Shown one piece after another: positions 42,276 to 51,086 of a stretch of 64,000 bases of DNA. The stretch's first letter is position 1. Every line of letters begins with the position of its first letter. Made by a program: the position numbers and the translations under genes. This DNA is from an uncultured Chloroflexia bacterium (lineage in GTDB: Bacteria > Chloroflexota > Limnocylindria > Limnocylindrales > CSP1-4): contig CAVXNF010000006.1 in the NCBI GenBank assembly GCA_963763075.1, positions 351,728 to 415,727 of the forward strand. Reading direction: 5' to 3'. The notes under the pieces are model-generated. The model had not been told where the DNA came from, made no database searches, and saw nothing but the letters and a program-made list of their open reading frames with translations.

Positions 42276-42737
42276 TCAGATGTCGCGGATCCGCTGGAGG
42301 AAGCCCTCGTCGATCTCGAGCTCGAGCTCCTCGTCGGGGGCAGGCTCGGGCGCGCCCACGGCCACCGGGAGCAGCGACTCGGACTCGGGGAGGTCGTCGT
42401 CCGCCGGGTCGTACGCGGCGTCGTCGTCCTGGACCCCGGCCGCCGCGGCACTCGCACCGGCGGCGCGACGAGGGCTGGCCCGATGCTTGGCCATCTCGTG
42501 CTCGGGGATCTCGAGGAAGCGGATGATGTGGTACGGGAAGAAGAACGTCGAGCTGGTCTGGTCGATGAACACCGGCCGCTTCCCGTCCATCATGCGCACG
42601 TTCGTGCACACGAGGCCCGCGTCCGCCTGCGTCGGCAGGTCGAACAGGTCGCACAGCAGCGGCTGCTCGTTCTCGACATGGATGCACACGTTTCGGATCA
42701 CGTGCCCATGCTCGCCGCCGGCAGTGCCGTGCGTCAC
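42276..42737 (-). CDS. conserved-looking hypothetical protein with a compact N-terminal domain and a long acidic tail
   Basis: ORF of 153 aa, or about 141 aa from the GTG at 42701. VIRNVCIHVENEQPLLCDLFDLPTQADAGLVCTNVRMMDGKRPVFIDQTSSTFFFPYHIIRFLEI, then an Ala/Asp/Glu-rich tail ending EELELEIDEGFLQRIRDI. Local GC is lower and codon use looks genuine. I recognise no family. Confidence 0.5.
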   Translation of the reverse strand: MTHGTAGGEHGHVIRNVCIHVENEQPLLCDLFDLPTQADAGLVCTNVRMMDGKRPVFIDQTSSTFFFPYHIIRFLEIPEHEMAKHRASPRRAAGASAAAAGVQDDDAAYDPADDDLPESESLLPVAVGAPEPAPDEELELEIDEGFLQRIRDI

Positions 42738-42773
42738 CGCCCCGATGGTCCCACCCGGCGTGGGAACGATGCG

Positions 42774-44371
42774 TCAGCCCGCGTAGAAGTCGATCACCAG
42801 CCGGACACGCCCGCCGGACACCCAGACCCCGATGCCGACCTGCCGGAACGCCGGGTTCATGAGGTTCCGGTAGTGGCCGCCGTTCCAGGGCCGCTCCGAC
42901 TGGTAGAACAGGTGCGTCCCGAGCACGGAGGCGAACGGCGAGCCGGCCGAGCGGCAGCCGATGTTCTCGGCCCAGTTGTAGCCACCGAAGCCGGCCGCCC
43001 GCAGGCGGTCGCCCGGGTTGCCGCCGATGAAGTGGCTGCACGCGTTGCGGGTGGCGAGGAGGCGCGCATAGGGGCGCGCGACGCGGTTGGAGATCGCCGA
43101 GCTGAGCGACAGCGCCGCGACGTTCCGCCCGCCCGGTGACGAGCACGCCCCGGACGACGTCACCCAGCCGCCGGTGCGGGTGCAGTTCATGAGGCGCAGG
43201 TAGTAGGTCTCGACCGCGGCCCACGTGCCCGAGGCGGCGCCGCCCGCGCCGGTCGGGATCCCGGCGAGGTCGGTGACCGGGCGGGGCACGGTCCGGAAGG
43301 CGATCTTCTTCGGGTGCTCGATCGGCGCGCCGGCGGCGGACCGGGCGGACAGGTCGACGCGGACGACGACCTTGGCGTCGTACGGCAGGCGCTTCTTCGG
43401 CGTGAACGTGAGCCGGGTGCCGTCCGGGGACCAGCGCACGGTCCCCTTGACCGCCTTGCCGTCGGCGGTGACGTGGGTCGCCTTCGCGGTGCGCGCCTCG
43501 TCCATCCGCCCGGTGAACCGGACCGTGATGGCGGCGTTGCGGGCCACCCGCGCGGTGTCGTCCTTGGGCTTGACGCCGGCGACCGAGGGCGCATCCACCG
43601 TGGTGACCTCGACCGGGTCCATGGTGGCGAACGGGACGCCGTTCGCGTCGACGAGCCCCTCCAGCCACAGCCGGTAGGTCGTGTCGGGCGCCAGCGTGCC
43701 GAACGGCTCGAACCGGTAGCGCGCCCGCCGTCGGTTCCGCGATGAGGTCGCCGGCGAGCGGCGGGTCGGCCCGGAGCGCCGCCCGGACCGCGGCGACGGG
43801 CATGGCGCGGTCGAGGCGGAACCGGAACGACGTGTCGAGACGCACGAGCGACGGCGTGGTCATCGTGGCGGCGATCGACGCGGTGCCGCCGGTGCCGGTG
43901 AGCACGACGCTCCGCAGCGGGGCGGCCAGGCTGCCACCCTCGACGCTCGTCGCGCCCCTGCCGACGACGACCTGGTACAGCGTGTCCGCGCGCCAGTGGC
44001 CGGCGGGCCGGAGCGTTGCCCGCGTGTTCGTCGAGTCCCACTCCAGGCGGTAGGCCGTCGGCGGGTCGACCCGGAGAGCCGCGGCCACGGAGTGGTGGTC
44101 CATCGGCCGGTCGAAGGTCACCGCGAACGGCGTCGCCGGGTCGTGGGCCGTGCCGATCGGCACGAACAGGTCCGCGGAGACGAGCGCAGGCGTGGTCGCG
44201 GGGACCGCCGTCCCGGGGGACGGCGTCGTTGACCGTGATGAGCAGGGCGATCGCGGCCGCGATGCCGGTGACACCGCCGACGCGGAGCACGCGGCTCCGG
44301 GCGATGAGCGTCCCGACCAGCTCACCGAGCGCGATGGGCGCGGCGAGCAGCACGGCACCGGGCTTCCGCAA
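42774..44371 (-). CDS. membrane-anchored secreted protein with tandem Ig-like (SbsA/Big_5-type) domains and a C-terminal CAP/SCP (YkwD-like) domain (2 apparent frameshifts, at about 44215 and 43720)
   Basis: TTG at 44371 with GGAGGA 7 nt upstream. TM anchor VTGIAAAIALLITV. Three units of the type ...PFAVTFDRPMDHHSVAAALRVDPP..YRLEWDSTNTRATLRP..HWRADTLYQVVV... The C-terminus WAAVETYYLRLMNCTRTG...ISNRVARPYARLLATRNACSHF...AENIGC...GHYRNLMNPAFRQVGIGVW is CAP-like. Confidence 0.62.
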
Positions 44372-44534
44372 TACGTCGTCCTCCAGGTGCGACGCCGGGT
44401 GCCACGAGGCGTCGCGCGGCCGCCATGGGCGCTCGATCGGGGGCTCGGAACCCGACGGCCGGAATGGCCGTGAGGATACCACTCGGGTGGGGTCCGAGCC
44501 GTTTCGGTTGGGTGCCAGCCGACCGTCCGGCGTG

Positions 44535-45851
44535 TCAGGCGGCCCGCCGCGTCGTCACCCGCACCCGCGCCTTCGTGCCGCCCGCGGCAAGCGGCCCCGA
44601 GGCTCGATACCGGCCGTAGGCCTCGATCACGAGGCCGCGGATCTCGAGCGCCGTGAGCGCGCCGAGGACCGTGGCCGGGCCGAGCCCTGTCGCAAGCGCG
44701 AGCTCGTCAACCCCGGACGTGCCGGCGACCACGGCACCCGCGATCGCGCGCTCCACCGGGGGCAGCGCCGCGAGGACGGTGGCGGCATGGGCCGTGCGTC
44801 CGGGTGCCGCGCGACCGGCCGCTTCGATCGCGCCACCGACGAGCCCGAGGTCCTCGATCAGCTCCGGGATCCCGACGACGACTCGCGCCTCCGGCCCCGC
44901 CTCCCGCAGGAAGGCAAGGCTCCCGGCAACGGTCGGGTCGTCGAGGCGTCCGGGCACGAGGAACAGCCCCCGGCCCTGCTCCAGCGCCCAGGCTGCGGTC
45001 GTCAGCGCCCCACTGCGCGCGCCCGCCTCCACGACGACCGTCGCGTCCGCGAGCCCGCTGATGATCCGGTTGCGGCGCGGGAACGTCCCGCGGCTCGGGA
45101 TGGTGTCCGGGGCGAACTCGCTGATCACCGCCCCGCCACCGTCGACGATCCGGCGGACGAGGCCACGGTGGGCGGCCGGGTACAGCCGTTCGTGACCACC
45201 GCCGATCACGGCGACGGTCGGCGTGCCCGCGTCGACGGCCGCGACGTGCGCCGCGGCGTCGATGCCGAGCGCGAGGCCGGACACGATCGTGGCGTCGAGT
45301 CCCGCGACCGCATCGGCGATCCGCGCCGCCGTCGCGCGCCCCGCCTGCGTCGGACGACGCGTCCCGACCACGGCGACGGCCCGCGGCCGGTCGAGCGACG
45401 CCAACGCGCCCCGCACGTACAGGACCGGCGGCGGCAGCTCGATCCGTCGCAGCCGGGCGGGGTACTCGGGATCGGCCAGGATGCAGATCCCGACGCCGGC
45501 GCGGCGGACCGGGCCGAGGATCGCCTCCGGCTCGTTCGCCGCCTGCACGATGGCGCGCGCCGTCGCCGGTGCGAGCGACGCGCCGCCGTCGGCGTCCGCC
45601 ACCGCTTCGACGAGGATGACCGCCCCGCGACGACCCCGTGCCGCCGCGAGGACGGCCGACGCGCTGCCGAAGGCGCCGACCAGGCGCCCGAACGACACCG
45701 GTCCCACGCCGGCCGCCTCGCCAAGCACGACCCAGGCGTCGCGTTCCGCGTCGTCGCCCATCGCCTCGGGGACCTCGCCGGTGCGGCGTACCCGCTCGTC
45801 GGGCGGCGGCACGTCCGCGCCGCGTGGCCCGTACCGCCCGATGCCGAGCAT
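44535..45851 (-). CDS. dprA: DNA-processing protein DprA/Smf
   Basis: 438 aa from the ATG at 45851. ...DPEYPARLRRIELPPPVLYVRG...VAVVGTRRPTQAGRATAARIA...TIVSGLALGIDAAAHVAA...TVAVIGGGHERLYPAAH...GAVISEF...PRRNRIISGLADATVVVEAGARSGALTTA, plus a C-terminal winged-helix domain. Confidence 0.9.
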   Translation of the reverse strand: MLGIGRYGPRGADVPPPDERVRRTGEVPEAMGDDAERDAWVVLGEAAGVGPVSFGRLVGAFGSASAVLAAARGRRGAVILVEAVADADGGASLAPATARAIVQAANEPEAILGPVRRAGVGICILADPEYPARLRRIELPPPVLYVRGALASLDRPRAVAVVGTRRPTQAGRATAARIADAVAGLDATIVSGLALGIDAAAHVAAVDAGTPTVAVIGGGHERLYPAAHRGLVRRIVDGGGAVISEFAPDTIPSRGTFPRRNRIISGLADATVVVEAGARSGALTTAAWALEQGRGLFLVPGRLDDPTVAGSLAFLREAGPEARVVVGIPELIEDLGLVGGAIEAAGRAAPGRTAHAATVLAALPPVERAIAGAVVAGTSGVDELALATGLGPATVLGALTALEIRGLVIEAYGRYRASGPLAAGGTKARVRVTTRRAA

Positions 45852-47421
45852 CAGCCGGCCCGCTCGAGCGCGAGGCGGTCCACCGGCGCCCGGAAGCGTG
45901 CCGCCTCGTCGAGGTGCCTCGCGCGCACGGCCGGTGCCTCGTCGAGATCGGCGATCGTGCGGGCGACGCGCAGCAGGCGGTCCGTGCCCCGACCGGACAG
46001 GCCCTCCCGTTCCGCGAGCACGATCGCCCGGGTCACCGTGGAGGCGTCCATCGCACACGCGAGCCGGAGCCGGCTGCCGGACACGCGCCCGTTCGGCAGG
46101 CGGCCGTTCCGCGCCGCCTGGCGCGTCCGCGCCGCCGCGATCCGGCCCGCGACGGTCGCCGACGACTCCGGCAGCACGTCCGAGACGAGCACCGCGGGCG
46201 CGACCCTGTCGACCGCTACCCACAGGTCGATCCGATCCCGGAGGGGACCCGAGACCCGGCGCAGGTAGCGGTCCGGGACGCCGGGCGGACAGCTGCACGC
46301 GCGATCGGCCGATCCGAGCTGGCCGCAGGGGCACGGGTTCATCGCCGCGACGAACGTGAACCGCGCCGGGAAGACCTCGCTCCGGCCGACCCGGACGACG
46401 GACACGCTGCCCTCCTCCAGCGGCTGGCGCAGCGCCTCGAGCACGTCGCGGCCGAACTCGGGCAGCTCGTCGCACACGAGCACGCCCTGGTCGGCCAGGG
46501 TGACCTCGCCGGGCGACAGCCGCGGACCGCCGCCGACCATCCCGGCATAGGACGTCGTGTGGTGGGGCGTCCTGACCGGTGGCCGCCGCACGAGCGCCTC
46601 GACCGGGCGGGTCGCGGCGACCGAGGCGACGACCGTCGCCGCCAGGGCCGCCTCGTCGTCGAGATCCGGGAGCAGGCCCGGGATCGTGCGGGCGAGCAGC
46701 GTCTTGCCGGCACCCGGCGGCCCGAGCAGCAGCAGCGCGTGGCCGCCGGCGAGGGCGATCTCGAGCGCCCGGCGTGCGACCGCCTGCCCGCGCACGTCGA
46801 CGAGGTCGACCGCCGGCTCGTCGGTCGCGGAGTGGCGGGGCTGGCCGCCGCGTCCCCGTCGATCGCCGGACCCGTCGCGCGGGGCAGCGGTCGTGGCCGC
46901 GGACGCCTCGCGCGCGGCGCCCGGAGCAGCTCCGCGGCCTCGGCCACGTCGGCGGCGGGCAGCGCCTCGATGCCGGCCGCCAGCCGGGCCTCCCCGACGG
47001 CCTCGGCGGGAACGACGACCCGCGGCACGCCCCGTCGCTGGAGCGCGAGGCACATCGGAAGGATCCCGGGGACGCGGCGCACCTCGCCGCCGAGCCCGAG
47101 CTCGCCGATCAGCGCCACGCGGCCCGGGCCCGCCCGCACCTGCTCCGAGCCGAGCAGGATCCCGAGCGCGATCGCGAGGTCCAGCGACGCGCCCGCCTTG
47201 CGCAGCTCCGCCGGCGCGAGGTTGACCGTGATCCGCCGGGGCGGGTGGTGGTAGCCGGCGTTCCGCAGCGCACCGCGGACGCGTTCGCGCGCCTCGGACA
47301 GGGCGGCGTCCGGCAGCCCCACGATCGTGAAGCCCGGCAGCCCGGGCGCGACGTCCACTTCGACCCGGACGACCCGGCCGGTGATCCCGTTGAGCGTGGC
47401 GGAGAGGAGGGTCGCGAGCAC
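45851..47421 (-). CDS. comM: YifB/ComM-family Mg-chelatase-like AAA+ ATPase (one apparent frameshift near 46915)
   Basis: GTG at 47421. VLATLLSATLNGITGRVVRVEVDVAPGLPGFTIVGLPDAALSEARERVR...RITVNLAPAELRKAGASLDLAIALGIL (Lon-like N-domain, ORF 46339..47421). Then DLVDVRGQAVARRALEIALAGGHALLLLGPPGAGKTLLAR...VLVCDELPEF...ARFTFVAAMNPCPCG (ORF 45851..47470). Confidence 0.9.
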
Positions 47422-47515
47422 ACGGCCACGCTAGGCCGATCGGCTCACCGCGCGATTGCGGGCCACTCACCCGCCACTTACGGGCGGGCGGGGCGAAGAC
47501 CGGGAGGGCGGGCGA

Positions 47516-48688
47516 CTACCGCCCGGCGACCGGCGTCAGCTGGGCGACCGCCTGGCCGGACGCCTTGTCGACGGCCCGCGCGAAGTCGAGCACGGAGCGC
47601 CCGAGGACCGAGTCCGGCTTCGAGACCATGAACGGGGCGCCGGTGTTGAGCGCGGAGATCGCGCCCCGGTACTCGTTGACGATCTGGAGCTCGATCGGGC
47701 GCCGCAGCGCGCCCTCGGCGCTCTTCACGTTGATGCCCGTGAACGCGTTCGAGCGGTTGAGGACGAGCTTGAGCTTGCCCGACTCGTAGCCCAGGTGGTT
47801 GATCGTCTCGAGCAGGAGGCGGACGTTCTTGAGGCACGAGAGGTCCGCGGTCATGACCGCGAAGATCGTCTCGGCCACGTCGAGGACCATGAGGTTCACG
47901 TCCTCGAGCCGCTTGTCGATGTCCACGATCACGTAGTCGTACTGGCCGGCGAGGATCTCGAGGATCTGGTGCATGTGCGGGGCGGTCACGAGCTCGGCGG
48001 ACTCGGGGCTCGGCGGGGCGAGCAGCAGGTCGACCCCGGACTCGTGCGTCTGGACGATCGACTTGACGAGGTCCGCGTCCATCGCCGGCGCGCTGACCAC
48101 GTCCACGATCCCCTTGCGGTCGAGGCCGAGGTCGAGGAACACGCGGTGGTCGCCGAACTGGAGGTTGCCGTCGACGAGGCAGACCCGCCGGCCGAGGCCC
48201 TGGAGCGCGATCGCCGCGTTGATCGCGATCGTCGTCGTCCCCACGCCGCCCTTCGCGCCGTAGTAGGCGTGGACGCGGCCCATCGGCGGCCGGCCCATGA
48301 GCGCCTCGCTGGGCGTGAACCGCGCGATGAGCGACTTCATCCGGGCGAGCAGCTCGGCCGGGTGGAACGGCTTGATGAGGTAGTCGTCGGCGCCGGCGCG
48401 GAGGGCGCGGACCTTCTGCTGCACGTCGCGGTCGGACGTGAGCATGATGATCGGCACGTGGCGACCGGGGCCTTCCTCGGCCCGGATCCGTGTCGCGACC
48501 TCGAACCCGTCGACGCCCACAGGGGTCGCGTCGAGCAGGATCAGTGACGGCGACTCCTTCTGCCACAGCGCGAGACCCTCGGCGCCATCGGCCGTGACGA
48601 GGACCTCGTACCCCTCCTGCTTGAGGGTGTACTGGAGGAGTCGCTGGACGCTCGCGTCGTCATCGACGACGAGGACCTTGCCGGCCAT
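47516..48688 (-). CDS. response-regulator receiver domain fused to a CpaE/TadZ-like MinD/ParA-family ATPase
   Basis: Intact 390-aa ORF. REC domain: KVLVVDDDASVQRLL...LILLDATPVGVDGFEV...PIIMLTS...GADDYLIKPF. ATPase domain with a deviant Walker A: YYGAKGGVGTTTIAINAAIAL...VCLVDGNLQFGD...YVIVDI. Confidence 0.85.
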   Translation of the reverse strand: MAGKVLVVDDDASVQRLLQYTLKQEGYEVLVTADGAEGLALWQKESPSLILLDATPVGVDGFEVATRIRAEEGPGRHVPIIMLTSDRDVQQKVRALRAGADDYLIKPFHPAELLARMKSLIARFTPSEALMGRPPMGRVHAYYGAKGGVGTTTIAINAAIALQGLGRRVCLVDGNLQFGDHRVFLDLGLDRKGIVDVVSAPAMDADLVKSIVQTHESGVDLLLAPPSPESAELVTAPHMHQILEILAGQYDYVIVDIDKRLEDVNLMVLDVAETIFAVMTADLSCLKNVRLLLETINHLGYESGKLKLVLNRSNAFTGINVKSAEGALRRPIELQIVNEYRGAISALNTGAPFMVSKPDSVLGRSVLDFARAVDKASGQAVAQLTPVAGR

Positions 48689-48787
48689 CCGACCTCCCGG
48701 ATCGTCGCCGCTCCATGGCGGGCGCGTTCGCCCGACCCCGGCGGCGTCGTGATCAGCAGTATAGGGGCGACGTTGGCCGTGTCCCCG

Positions 48788-49771
48788 CTACGATCGGGTC
48801 ATCGCGAACGCTGCGCGGAGATGATCCGTGACGGCGGCCTCGTACCCGACCGGGTCGGCCGCATGTCCCTGGCCGTGATCGGCGCCGGCGACGACCAGGT
48901 GCCGCGTCCCCGCCGGGGCGAGGGCGGCCAGGCGCCGGGCGTCGCGCAGCGGGACGGTCGCGTCGGCATCGCCGTGGATGAGCAGCAGCGGCACGTCCTC
49001 CAGCAGCGGCACCGTCCGGGCCGGCTGCGTGGCTCGCGGGTCCGCACCGGCCGTCCGCGCGATCCGCCCGAAGGCCCGGTCGGCGAGCCGACGCCCGAAC
49101 GGCACGGGCATCCGGCTCGCGACGACGATCGCGAGCTCGGGTGGCACGGACTCCGCGACGATCGCCACGATCCGCGGCCGCGGCGCCTCGACGGTCGAGG
49201 CCGGCGCGTCCGCATCGGAATCGGCGGCGACCAGCCGGCCGTCCCCGAGCACGACGACGGACGCCAGCGCCGTGACCCCGCCCATCGACGAGCCCATGAG
49301 CGCCACCCGGCGCACGCCCCGATCGCCGAGCCACGCGAGCGCCCCCGCCACGTCCTCGACCTCGAGCACGCCGAACGTCGTCGGGCCGTCGTCCGAGCCG
49401 CCGTGGCCGCGGAAGTCGAGCCCCAGCACGTTCGCCGTCCGGCGCAGGTACGGCGCGTGCTCGACGAGGTCCGGCGCAACGGAGCCCGTCCAGCCGTGGA
49501 GCAGCAGCACGGCCTCGCGCGGGTCGGGCGTCCAGTCGTCGCCCTCGACGGGCTCGGCGGGCAGCCAGCGACCGGCCAGCCGCACGCCGTCGCGGGCCCG
49601 GAGGCGCGCGACCTCGCCGCCGAGCGCCTCGAGCGGCGCCCGGATCCCCGCCTCGTCGGGGCCGGTCCGTGGCGCGGCCATGAGGCGCCGCGCCATGCCG
49701 TCGGTCAGCGGCCGGATCGCGGCCACGGCGATGAGCGGCGCCGCGACCGCCACGAGCGCGCGACGGATCAC
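48788..49771 (-). CDS. alpha/beta hydrolase with an N-terminal TM helix
   Basis: GTG at 49771. VIRRALVAVAAPLIAVAAI...AVLLLHGWTGS...LDFRGHGGSDD...VALMGSSMGGVTAL (GxSxG)...LLLIHGDADATVP...GADHG. Confidence 0.75.
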   Translation of the reverse strand: MIRRALVAVAAPLIAVAAIRPLTDGMARRLMAAPRTGPDEAGIRAPLEALGGEVARLRARDGVRLAGRWLPAEPVEGDDWTPDPREAVLLLHGWTGSVAPDLVEHAPYLRRTANVLGLDFRGHGGSDDGPTTFGVLEVEDVAGALAWLGDRGVRRVALMGSSMGGVTALASVVVLGDGRLVAADSDADAPASTVEAPRPRIVAIVAESVPPELAIVVASRMPVPFGRRLADRAFGRIARTAGADPRATQPARTVPLLEDVPLLLIHGDADATVPLRDARRLAALAPAGTRHLVVAGADHGQGHAADPVGYEAAVTDHLRAAFAMTRS

Positions 49772-50726
49772 GAGGCGGCAGGCCGCCGCCGGCGGCGCCA
49801 CCACCCGGCGCGGCAGGACCACCGGCCGCGATCGCGCGGCGCCGACCCCCTGGGCGAGGCCCTCGGACACGTAGCCGCCGACCTGCTCGGCGAAGCGCGT
49901 GAACTCGGTGGGGATGACGTACTTCGTCGACGGGCTCGCCCCGATCGCCTTCAACGCCTCGAGGTACTGGAGCGCCATCGTCTTCGAATCGACCACGGAC
50001 GCGGCCGTGAAGATGCGCTCCAGCGCCTGGCTGAACCCCTCCGCGCGGAGGATCGCGGCCTGCCGGTCGCCCTCGGACCGGAGGATGTTGGACTGCTTCT
50101 CGCCCTCGGCGACGTTGATCGCGGACTGGCGGGCGCCCTCGGACTCGGTGATGACGGCGCGGCGCGTCCGCTCGGCCGACAGCTGCCGGTTCATCGCGTC
50201 CTGGACGTCACGCGGCGGCGTGATCTCGCGGATCTCGACCGTCGTGATCTTGCCGCCCCAGCGCTCGGTGACCTCGTCCAGCTTGATCCGCAGGACCTCG
50301 TTGATCTGCTCGCGCTTGGACAGCACGTCGTCGAGCAGGATGTCGCCGATGACCGCCCGCAGCGTGGTGGTCGCCACGCCCTGGAGCGCGCCGGGGAAGT
50401 TGTTGACGTTGACGACGCTCTTGCAGCGCGTCGGCGATCCGCCAGTAGATGAGGAAGTCGACGTTGATCGGGGCGTTGTCCTTGGTGATCGTCGTCTGGC
50501 TCGGGACCTCGATGAACTGCTCGCGCATGTCCACCTTGACCGGCCGGTCGACGAGCGGGATCAGGAACCGGAGGCCCGGCTCGCGGACCATCGCCTCGTT
50601 GGTCTTGCCCAGCCTGAACACGACCATCCGCTCGTACTGCTGCACGACCCGGACGGACAGGTACAGGATCAGGAGGATGATGACGGCAAGGAATGCCAGG
50701 GCCGCAAGCGCGGCGACGAGCTCCAT
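49768..50726 (-). CDS. SPFH/band-7 (stomatin/HflC-like) membrane protein (frameshift near 50435; 3-prime end needs another shift)
   Basis: ATG at 50726 with GGAGGA upstream. MELVAALAALAFLAVIILLILYLSVRVVQQYERMVVFRLGK...LRFLIPLVDRPVKVDMREQFIEVPSQTTITKDNAPINVDFLIYWRI, then (ORF 48788..50377 frame) TTLRAVIGDILLDDVLSKREQINEVL...GGKITTVEIREITPPRDVQDAM...AEGEKQS.ILRSEG..QAAILRAEG. There is no in-frame stop before the hydrolase. An alternative-frame TGA forms a GTGA overlap at 49768..49771. Confidence 0.85.
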
Positions 50727-50740
50727 GGAGTCCTCCGGTG

Positions 50741-51072
50741 TCAGGCGAGGGTCGTCCGCCGGCGACGCCGGCGGAGGGGGGCTGGGTTCGGTCAGTGGGT
50801 CCGCCGGCTCGACGATCGCGGTCAGCCCGTCGAAGCGGACGAGCCGGACGTGGGTATCGCGCTCGAGGCGGCGTTCGTCGGTTGCGCGCGCCGTCCATGG
50901 CTCACCGCCGAGCAGCACGGTCCCCGTGGGCTCGAGCGGCGCCTGGACGATCCCCGGCGTGCCGGGCGGCACGGGCGCGCCGACCGTCCCCGACGACGCC
51001 CGGATCCGGCGGCCCAGGTACACGCCGCCGGCCGCGAGGGCCACGAGGACGAGGATGGCGAGCGAGTTCCAC
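50741..51072 (-). CDS. short NfeD-family protein (TM helix plus C-terminal OB-fold domain; needs indel corrections at both ends)
   Basis: GGAGG then a GTG at 51072, which is 1 nt out of frame with NSLAILVLVALAAGGVYLGRRIRASSGTVGAPVPPGTPGIVQAPLEPTGTVLLGGEPWTARATDERRLERDTHVRLVRFDGLTAIVEP. An out-of-frame TGA at 50741 sits in the same cctgacaccggagg context as the stop of the long NfeD. Confidence 0.55.
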
Positions 51073-51086
51073 GAGTGCCTCCGGTG

